DNA of 64,000 nucleotides from Rhynchopus sp. YZ270_cl-10 (Eukaryota). The stretch lies in the NCBI GenBank assembly GCA_964035575.1, contig OZ037836.1, positions 310,001 to 374,000 of the forward strand, in the 5' to 3' direction. Of the stretch, positions 10,480-18,560 are shown piece after piece. The stretch's first letter is position 1. Each line of letters opens with the position of its first letter. Position numbers and translations under genes: made by a program. The notes under the pieces are model-generated. The model ran no database searches. It was not told the DNA's origin and saw nothing but the letters and a program-made list of their open reading frames with translations.

Positions 10480-11073
10480 AGTACACAGTACACAGTACAC
10501 AGTACACAGTACACAGTACACAGTACACAGTACACAGTACACAGTACACAGTACACAGTACACAGTACACAGTACACAGTACACAGTACACAGTACACAG
10601 TACACAGTACACAGTACACAGTACACAGTACACAGTACACAGTACACAGTACACAGTACACAGTACACAGTACACAGTACACAGTACACAGTACACAGTA
10701 CACAGTACACAGTACACAGTACACAGTACACAGTACACAGTACACAGTACACAGTACACAGTACACAGTACACAGTACACAGTACACAGTACACAGTACA
10801 CAGTACACAGTACACAGTACACAGTACACAGTACACAGTACACAGTACACAGTACACAGTACACAGTACACAGTACACAGTACACAGTACACAGTACACA
10901 GTACACAGTACACAGTACACAGTACACAGTACACAGTACACAGTACACAGTACACAGTACACAGTACACAGTACACAGTACACAGTACACAGTACACAGT
11001 ACACAGTACACAGTACACAGTACACAGTACACAGTACACAGCACACAGTACACAGTACACAGTACACAGTACA
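10480..11073. repeat. (AGTACAC)n 7-bp satellite, about 85 units
   Basis: Near-perfect tandem repeat with one variant unit near 11042. Confidence 0.98.
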
Positions 11074-11122
11074 AATGGAATAAAGTAATGAGCAGCTGGC
11101 CTCTCAAAAGATGCACAGTGCC

Positions 11123-12124
11123 TCACATGCACACACATTTGCGTTTGGTATCGTCCACGAGGCTACAGTTCCGCACATATTCTGACACAACACTACTCGA
11201 GCCTGAAACGTTGATGTTGATTGTATGTATTTTGCATCCATACAGGAAGTGTAGCCCAATGCGCTGAACAGTGGTCCACCCAGACAAGTCAAGTGTTTTC
11301 AACGCGCTGCAGTTGGAGAGAAAGAACGCTCCCAGATGCGTCACATTGTTCCACCCAGATAAGTCAACGGTTTGCAATGCAACGCAGTTGCAGAGGAAGA
11401 AGTCCCCCGTATGAGTCGCCTTGCTCCACCCAGACAAGTCAAGGGTTCGCAATGTGGTGCAGTAGGAGAGAAAACGAGGCAGTATTTGCGTCACATTGGT
11501 CCACCCTGAAATATCCAGTGTGGTCAATGAGGTGCAGGTGTAGAGGAATAAGTCCACTGTTTGCGTCACATTGCTCCACCCAGCCATGTCAAGGGTATGC
11601 AATGCGACGGAGTCGTAGAGGAAGTAGCGCTCAACCTGCGTCACATTGCTCCACCCAGATAAGTCAACGGTTCGCAATGCGCTGCACTCTTGAAGGAAGC
11701 TGGAGCCTATGTTGGTCACACCTGGCACACCACTGAGATCAAGTGCTTCGAACGTGGCACCCGACAAGAAGTGATTGGGGATATCAGTAACAACCTCCGC
11801 CTGCAGAAACAAATGAACCAGCTTGGGATCTGTCAGACCTTCGAACCTCTCTGCAGTGATGTCGGTCTCACCCAAGTCACGAAGAGCTGCAATGGCGTCG
11901 TACTTCTGCGACTTCGTCTTCGTCAGCACAACTGTGTCCCCAGCACTCAGCTGCGTGATGTCGTCTCCTTCGGCCAGCAGCTTCCCTCCGAAGCTCATGT
12001 CAAAGCCGTCTTCGCACAACTCTGCTGCAGTCGCCACCTTCCGCCGTATGTCCGCAGTTGTATCATCCACACCCACCTCGACTGTGTACTTCTCTCCGTC
12101 AAAGCTCTCCACACATATTTCCAT
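11123..12124 (-). CDS. UBL-LRR-CaaX protein (333 aa)
   Basis: Starts MEICVESFDGEKYTVEVGVDDT, has LDLSGWxNVT repeats and ends RKCVCM. Confidence 0.9.
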   Translation of the reverse strand: MEICVESFDGEKYTVEVGVDDTTADIRRKVATAAELCEDGFDMSFGGKLLAEGDDITQLSAGDTVVLTKTKSQKYDAIAALRDLGETDITAERFEGLTDPKLVHLFLQAEVVTDIPNHFLSGATFEALDLSGVPGVTNIGSSFLQECSALRTVDLSGWSNVTQVERYFLYDSVALHTLDMAGWSNVTQTVDLFLYTCTSLTTLDISGWTNVTQILPRFLSYCTTLRTLDLSGWSKATHTGDFFLCNCVALQTVDLSGWNNVTHLGAFFLSNCSALKTLDLSGWTTVQRIGLHFLYGCKIHTININVSGSSSVVSEYVRNCSLVDDTKRKCVCM

Positions 12125-13451
12125 GGTTTTGTGTCTCTCTGTTTTGTGCAAGTGTATCCAATTGGGGGTAAGAGTACGCAAGAGACAACAAACAGTTAGG
12201 GAGAGGTCTTTTGCTAATAAAAATGATCATCCAGATGTGGTGAAACGCAATAAACTCCACAACCCCTACAAAGATACTCTGCAAGATATTGGCGACCAAA
12301 AAGGTCTCCTATTTCAAGAAAACCCTCAAAATCCGCCAATATCTTTTGGTGGCCAAGTTATTTAGTGGGAAAGCGGTTCTTGTTGGTACAAAAAGCACAA
12401 GTACAAAAAGGTGCCCCTTGAGTGCACCAGGTGCAGTGTATCTCTCAAGAAAGTCGAACATTCCGCGCCACGCACTAACGGACGCCACCCTAAAATACAC
12501 ATGTTGAGTCGAAGGGAGGCAAAACTATATCAAAGCTTTTTGATAAAAAATGAACGAAGCACAAAAACCAGCGCGTGTGGAAGAAAAAAGAAGAGGCAAA
12601 ATATTATTTCGATTCAAAGTGGTGTTTATGTTTTGGGTACGGTGCGGAGAATAAAATCTGTTCGATAAAAGAAACGCAAGCTTTTTGTTTTATCTTGTTC
12701 AGACAAAAAGCTACTTCCCAACCAATGTGACAAAGAACCACTGCCCTATCAATTACAAGAAAACCCTCAAAATCCGCCAATATTTTTTGGTCGCCAAGTT
12801 TCTTGTCCTCCTGTAAGCTGCTTTAGTTCATATCTTTTTTGTTGCCACTGTGGAACAGTTGTGCAATCTCCACTTTTCACATTTTTTACTCATTTGATTT
12901 TTGTTCTTGGTAAAGTGGCCTCCAAATAAGTAGACTCGAAAACAAAGCCCTCTCGTGACAGTGTACCTTGGTACAATTGACCGGCTGTAGTGGGGTCGAC
13001 ACCGAACCATGCAGTCCTACATGCATTTCGTGGTTTACATCTGATATAAAACAGTGAGGGGAGAGGTCTTTTTTTTTTTTTTTTTTGAAAGCTTCGTTGT
13101 ATTAGTGTGGACACCCGAGGATGTGCTCCACTATGTGTTCCTTTTGATTTTATTATTCCTTCTTTTAAACTTCACACACAACGCTGTTTTGGTTTTTGGG
13201 CGGCACACAAGATGCCAGGTTTTTGACCAAAATATATCCGCTCCGCTTGATCAGATCTCGACCGTTTGTTGCATTGCACGCTTGGAACGTCTTGCTCAGC
13301 ACAGCTCTCCTCTCGCACCAAGTAGTAGTCTGTGCCACGGCGAGCAAGACTGCGCCCCTCTTCTTCTCCGAACTAGCAGACGCAAACAGACATACTGCCA
13401 GAGACCCTCCACCTCGGGGAGGTGCTGCCCTGCCACCAACACACCACGTCG

Positions 13452-13708
13452 TCATTGTGCGTGTCTCCGTCGCTTCTGGATTTGCTCGGGGGATTCGTCT
13501 CTGCTTCGTTTCAGACGTGATTCAACTACAAGCTTGCTCAGCTTCTTGCTATTCCTCACTTCATTGGACACAGCACTGCTGCATCCGGAAAGGTAAATGC
13601 TCGTCAACGAAGTGCATTTCGCAGCAAAAAACGTAGTTTTCATGAAAGAATGCGCCTTGATAGACGTCACATTGCTGAGTGGTGATAAATCGAGGGTGGT
13701 TAAGCTCT
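13452..13708 (-). pseudogene. 3' half of NLS-type UBL-LRR gene split by A2
   Basis: SLTTLDLSPLSNVT...KRSRDESPEQIQKRRRHAQ, resuming at the TSD. Confidence 0.88.
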
Positions 13709-13785
13709 TAAACTTGTTGACGTGACCCATCCCCACCTTCTCAGATGAACTGAGAGGTGAGAAAGGCGCCACGTGACCACCTTCG

Positions 13786-16700
13786 TTATCGCGGGGCAAA
13801 CCCGAGACGTCCCTGGGACATGTCGTGGTGCCCTTTCCCGCAACAGACCTGAGGAGACGCCAGCATCGGCAATCCGTCCTTCTTCCTCTTCCGTCCCGCT
13901 TGCACACATGCACCGCAAGCACCCCTCCCGTGGGCCACACAGTTGTGGTGCTTCTGACAGCACTGCTTCATCGACACGTTCCCCGCACCCGCACACTGTC
14001 CGCACATCGAGAAGTTATGCACCTCACATGCCTCACGCGCCTCCACACAGTCACCCAAAATAAGCTCATCACAATGGTGCGTCGCACAACACGCCGTGAT
14101 GGAGATGTTGTTGTGCTCGCAGTCCCCGCATCGCATCTTGGTGTGTATGTCACACACCCGCATGGTCCCCACCTTCCTCCTTACGTCCACACGCACAGCC
14201 GGTGTCTGCCGCCTGCGTGCCTCCTGCCGTCGAGTCTGCTCTGCCGCAACTGCAGCTATCGCAGCTCTCTTACGCACCTCCTCTGCCTGCTTCTGCTCTT
14301 CCTTCGCTTCCTTCCAGCGTTCGCTCTTTGCTGAGCGTTCTTCCGGAGTGGAAGTGTGAGCTACAACCGCGTCGTCACCCCACCTCGCCTTCGTCTTTTC
14401 TTTTTGTCGGGAGAGTGCTCTCCGCGACGTCGCCTTCTCCTGCAACTCCTTCAGGTACCCTTCAACCCCCGCCGCATGCGTCAGCACAGGTCGCACAGAA
14501 TACCCCGTCATGATCCCCGCACCCAGTTCCTGTAAGTGGTGCACCTCCCTCTTCTCCACTCCTTTCCATACGTCCCTTCCATGCGCCATCGTTTTCGCCG
14601 TCCGCATCATGGCACCAAAAGATTCTGCCCTCTTCAACACCGTCTCACCCGGTACGTCCAACCCCGAGAAGATCTCAAAGTCCAGCATGAGCTCGAGCTG
14701 CGTGATGGGGGGCGTTGTGCCATCAGGCCAACGCAATGCAGCGAGCCATGCCTTCAGCGCCCAGAAGTGGTCTTCCGTCCAGCGTGGACTCTTCTTCATG
14801 TGCTTGCTCCCCCACAGTACGTTCTCCAGCGGGTTGTAGCTCTCAAGCACTGCACCCTCCGGAGGATTCCAGCCCCAAGGAAAAAGGGATTGGCCCACCA
14901 CCGCCTGCTTCTTCTTCTTCTGCGAAAACCCATGTTCGACGTCGTACTTCTGCCTTGCCAGCGCGATGTTGACCAGCATCAGTTGCACACGTCGCACAGT
15001 CTGCTCTCTCTCCGCAACACTCAGCTCCTGCAAGAATATCGTCGGCACCAGGCCAAAGTCCAAGAAGCACGGGGGTGCGTCTTTGAGCAAAACCCGGAGT
15101 TTTCCGATGTCCTCTCCACGAATTTCGTCCCACTGCGGGCACCACCACCAAGCGTGTCTCCGGTCCTCTATCGCCTCACCACAGTATCGGCACAACGAAG
15201 TCTCCACCTCCTTGTTCCTCAGCAGCTGCACCCCCACCAACTGAGAGCCCGACAAGGCTCCGCGTATCGCGCCCGCCAGGTATCTGTCGGTCGTGCGGTC
15301 CTTCCACACTGCGTTCGTCGCCTGGCGATCCACACCTCCCTCAATGCCCTGCATTGACGGCCTCGTCGTCACTGTCAGGCGGTACGCGTGTGCACGGATG
15401 CCCTCTCTCAGCTCATGCAGCCATTTGCCCTTGTCCCACAGACGAACGTGCACCCTCAACCCGATGTGTGTGGTCCAGAAGTCGAAGCTGCTCCACCGCC
15501 ATCCGTATCGCTCCAGGTCGTCCCACAACAACTCTATCACACCCTTCTTGTGCACTTCAGTTACCCTTGGGTTGGCAACCCCAGGGTTCTCACGCCGGAG
15601 ACGTGCCAGCTCTGAAGCCCTGTCACGCCGCCTCACCTCCCGCTCCGCTCTTCGGTCATGTGCCAGCCTCCACACTTCTTCTGCTTCTCTCCGCATGCCG
15701 TCATCTTCTGTCAGTCGGAGAAAGGCCGCCATCCTCCTCTGCACAATCTCCGCTGGCGCATCAATCCCAACCGGAGATAACACATGCCACACAATGTTCA
15801 GCGTGCGCTGCTTCCTGCCCTGCCCCCAGACTGCCAGTGCTGCCCCTTGCCTCAGCGTCTCTATCGTCTGCTTCGAGAAGTCTGTCACTTCGCACCCATG
15901 CAACGCTGCCATCATTGGTCCCCTTGCGCCAATAAGTGCCTTCTCAGTGAAGGATAATGGCACACTCGAAACCCTCGTAAATACACGGTGCGCAGTAACC
16001 GCACGCTCACGCGCGATGGGCCCGAAGTTCCCCTTTCCAGCCAAAATGTCTGCTCCAACCGCCCCGAACTGCTTCTTGTCGGGGAAGAACCCGTCGCCAA
16101 GTCCAAACTTCGTCTTTGTTCCCTCCTTCGAGGTAAACCCTACGCACTTCTCTGCCTTGACCTCCATGTCCGCAGCAGTGATAAACTCCTTCGTCACCCT
16201 CGCAGCACCATGCACCTCCGCTTCCGTGTTCGCCACAGCATACACGTCGTCAGCGTACCCCATGGCGATTGCTCCGGTCCTTCTCGTCACTGCAGATCCC
16301 CACACCGCCATCAGCGCGTTCAACAGCACGACAGAAAGCGGGCATCCTTGCAGGATACCATTTGTCGTACGGAAAGCGCCTCCCACACCTACGTCTCCCA
16401 ACTTGAAGCGGCGTTCCATGGCAGTGTACGCCGCCCTCAGTGGTCCAAGAATGCGCCAGTGCGCGCCCCACTCCTCCGCCAGCGATAGCACAATCTCATG
16501 AGGTACACGATCGAAACATTTGGCGTAGTCAATCGTGAAGCCCCATACCTGGTCTGTGTCGTCACCCGACAGCACCGCCTTCTCCAGTTTGAGCGACAAA
16601 TGCCAGTACAGGTGTGCAGTGCTGTGTCCTGCTCTGAAGCCGTGCTGTTGCTCACCAATCCAGCTTTCCTGCCACTTTATCAGCCTTCGCAACCTCGCTG

Positions 16701-18552
16701 CCGCCCACAGTCTGTACACACACGAAGTAATCGTGATTGGTCGCTGCTTCAGCGGAGTGTCGTCTTCCCCTTTGGGGATGAGCGCAATGAGTGCTCTCAT
16801 CAAAGAAGGCGGCCACTCTCCCGTACACTCAATCGCATCAAACACATCTGCCAGCCTGTCGAGCAGCACCAGAGGAAGCGCCTTCAGCTCTGCCATGCGC
16901 CAACCCTCCACCCCAGCAGAAGTTTGTGTCTTCATCCTCCCCAGAGTTTGCTGCAACTCCTTCCCCGTCAGCCTGTCCATCTGCATCGCTTGTCCCTTGC
17001 CTGCGATGTCTTCTGCAAACTTCTCCCTGAACGCACCCCAGTCGGGCTCTGGCTTTTCCGCATATCGGCGAAGAATCGGCATCCACGCCTCATGCAGGAG
17101 GGTGTCCATCTCCTCAGCGTTGGCGGTGAACTTCCCATCCTCGTTCTTCAGGGCAGTCATCTTCCTGTACTGCTCGTCCTTGCAGTATTTGAAGATCGCC
17201 TTGGGAGCATTGTGCCATGCATCCCGTAGGCGCTGCCGCCAGTCCTCCAGTCGCTTCCGCTTCACTCGGTCCGCAAGCGTTGACACCTTCACTCGCACGG
17301 CTCTGCACAGATCCACCAAAGCCTCCTCGCTAGGCATATCCTGTTGCAGTGAGTCGTCGTCCAGCAGAACACGCAGTTCCTTCCGCGCCTTGCTCCAACA
17401 ATTGCACACGTCATGTGGCGGCACACCACCGTTGCTCCTCACGTACCACAGTCGACATTCTTCCAGCCTGCCCACGTTCTTCGTCAGCCTTCTCTGGCTC
17501 ACCGTCAGAGCGTCCCCTTCCTTGCTCTGCTTCGCAGTCCGGTGCTTCGGTGTGGGGTCGAACGTTCTGCCTCTACCGCAATACGCCTTCGTCGGGCCCT
17601 CAATCTCGCCTTCGCACGCCTGCAGCAAGAAGTCCTCTGCCCACTTGTTCCACTGGATCCACCTATCCTGAGGGTGTTGAAGCGCCCCCCACTGCAGCTC
17701 CTTGTTCGCAAACGCCTTTTGTGCCGTCTTCACACCCTGTCCACACTTCTCCAAAGGGAACTGCTTCGGCAGAGTGTACGCGAGCACGATCTGCCTGTAC
17801 GCACCTACATCCAGCGCTATCTCTACCGGTCTGTGCTGCGGGAGCCCAGAGTCGTGGACAACCTTCACAGACGACAGCCCTGTGCACGCAGCTCGGTTCA
17901 GCAGAACGTAATCGAGCCTCTTGCGGATCTCCTTGCCCTCCTTCACTGAGAAGTAGGTGTTCTCCGGGGTCGTCCCAAGCACCCTTGCGTGCTCTTCGGC
18001 AGTGTCCTTCCACCATCCTGTGTCTAGCGTAGCAGCCAGCACACCTGATTTCCCGGGACCTGCGTTGAAGTCCCCACCAATCACCCCAGGAATGTCACCA
18101 AGCTCTGCAGCAGCCTCCATCACCTCGCCAAGTATTTTCTCCCTAGCCTCCGGGTCCGCCGACGGCGCGTAGACGGAGGTCACGTCGATCCACTCGTTGC
18201 CTTTGCCGTACGCCACCTTCGCCTTCACCCATCGCGTTGAGTCCCAGAGGTTCTTTTCCAAGGTTGAGGAGGGCGGGCTCGTGAGCACAGGTATTCCCTC
18301 TTGCACCAGAATCGCAACACCACCAGATTTCGCTTCTTCGGCCGACCTCCATTCCGGCAACTCCTTACCCCACACCACCTGCCAACCCTGCTTGCGGTAC
18401 TCGATGGAGAGGCGCTTCTGCGTCGTCACGGTGCACTTTGTCTCTTGTACCAGAACAACTTGAGCATCCTCCGCAACCTTCAGCAGAGAACTCCCGCCTG
18501 TCTGCAGCGCCGTCACATTGCTGCACACTATCTTTAGTGGGGCAAGGCCCAC
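13786..18552 (-). CDS. A2 ORF2: APE + RT + CCHC knuckle + Cys/His repeats (1588 aa, GTG start)
   Basis: APE motifs VQET, GGDFNA, RLDYVL and QHRPV. RT motifs IDYAKCFDRV, QGCPLS and YADD. Knuckle CRYC..H..C. Confidence 0.95.
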   Translation of the reverse strand: MGLAPLKIVCSNVTALQTGGSSLLKVAEDAQVVLVQETKCTVTTQKRLSIEYRKQGWQVVWGKELPEWRSAEEAKSGGVAILVQEGIPVLTSPPSSTLEKNLWDSTRWVKAKVAYGKGNEWIDVTSVYAPSADPEAREKILGEVMEAAAELGDIPGVIGGDFNAGPGKSGVLAATLDTGWWKDTAEEHARVLGTTPENTYFSVKEGKEIRKRLDYVLLNRAACTGLSSVKVVHDSGLPQHRPVEIALDVGAYRQIVLAYTLPKQFPLEKCGQGVKTAQKAFANKELQWGALQHPQDRWIQWNKWAEDFLLQACEGEIEGPTKAYCGRGRTFDPTPKHRTAKQSKEGDALTVSQRRLTKNVGRLEECRLWYVRSNGGVPPHDVCNCWSKARKELRVLLDDDSLQQDMPSEEALVDLCRAVRVKVSTLADRVKRKRLEDWRQRLRDAWHNAPKAIFKYCKDEQYRKMTALKNEDGKFTANAEEMDTLLHEAWMPILRRYAEKPEPDWGAFREKFAEDIAGKGQAMQMDRLTGKELQQTLGRMKTQTSAGVEGWRMAELKALPLVLLDRLADVFDAIECTGEWPPSLMRALIALIPKGEDDTPLKQRPITITSCVYRLWAAARLRRLIKWQESWIGEQQHGFRAGHSTAHLYWHLSLKLEKAVLSGDDTDQVWGFTIDYAKCFDRVPHEIVLSLAEEWGAHWRILGPLRAAYTAMERRFKLGDVGVGGAFRTTNGILQGCPLSVVLLNALMAVWGSAVTRRTGAIAMGYADDVYAVANTEAEVHGAARVTKEFITAADMEVKAEKCVGFTSKEGTKTKFGLGDGFFPDKKQFGAVGADILAGKGNFGPIARERAVTAHRVFTRVSSVPLSFTEKALIGARGPMMAALHGCEVTDFSKQTIETLRQGAALAVWGQGRKQRTLNIVWHVLSPVGIDAPAEIVQRRMAAFLRLTEDDGMRREAEEVWRLAHDRRAEREVRRRDRASELARLRRENPGVANPRVTEVHKKGVIELLWDDLERYGWRWSSFDFWTTHIGLRVHVRLWDKGKWLHELREGIRAHAYRLTVTTRPSMQGIEGGVDRQATNAVWKDRTTDRYLAGAIRGALSGSQLVGVQLLRNKEVETSLCRYCGEAIEDRRHAWWWCPQWDEIRGEDIGKLRVLLKDAPPCFLDFGLVPTIFLQELSVAEREQTVRRVQLMLVNIALARQKYDVEHGFSQKKKKQAVVGQSLFPWGWNPPEGAVLESYNPLENVLWGSKHMKKSPRWTEDHFWALKAWLAALRWPDGTTPPITQLELMLDFEIFSGLDVPGETVLKRAESFGAMMRTAKTMAHGRDVWKGVEKREVHHLQELGAGIMTGYSVRPVLTHAAGVEGYLKELQEKATSRRALSRQKEKTKARWGDDAVVAHTSTPEERSAKSERWKEAKEEQKQAEEVRKRAAIAAVAAEQTRRQEARRRQTPAVRVDVRRKVGTMRVCDIHTKMRCGDCEHNNISITACCATHHCDELILGDCVEAREACEVHNFSMCGQCAGAGNVSMKQCCQKHHNCVAHGRGACGACVQAGRKRKKDGLPMLASPQVCCGKGHHDMSQGRLGFAPR

Positions 18553-18560
18553 GGTCGTGA

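Noticed and set aside
10359..11138. ORFs of VYCVLCT / STQYTVH repeats, or a CRISPR or telomere reading of the array
   Set aside because: They are translations of a stop-free 7-bp satellite. There are no spacers and it is not a TTAGGG-type repeat.
13452..13940. Element 3' UTR ATG (MGHVNKFK) rescuing the downstream LRR half in frame
   Set aside because: It is in frame for A2 but out of frame for A3 and A4, so it is probably coincidental.
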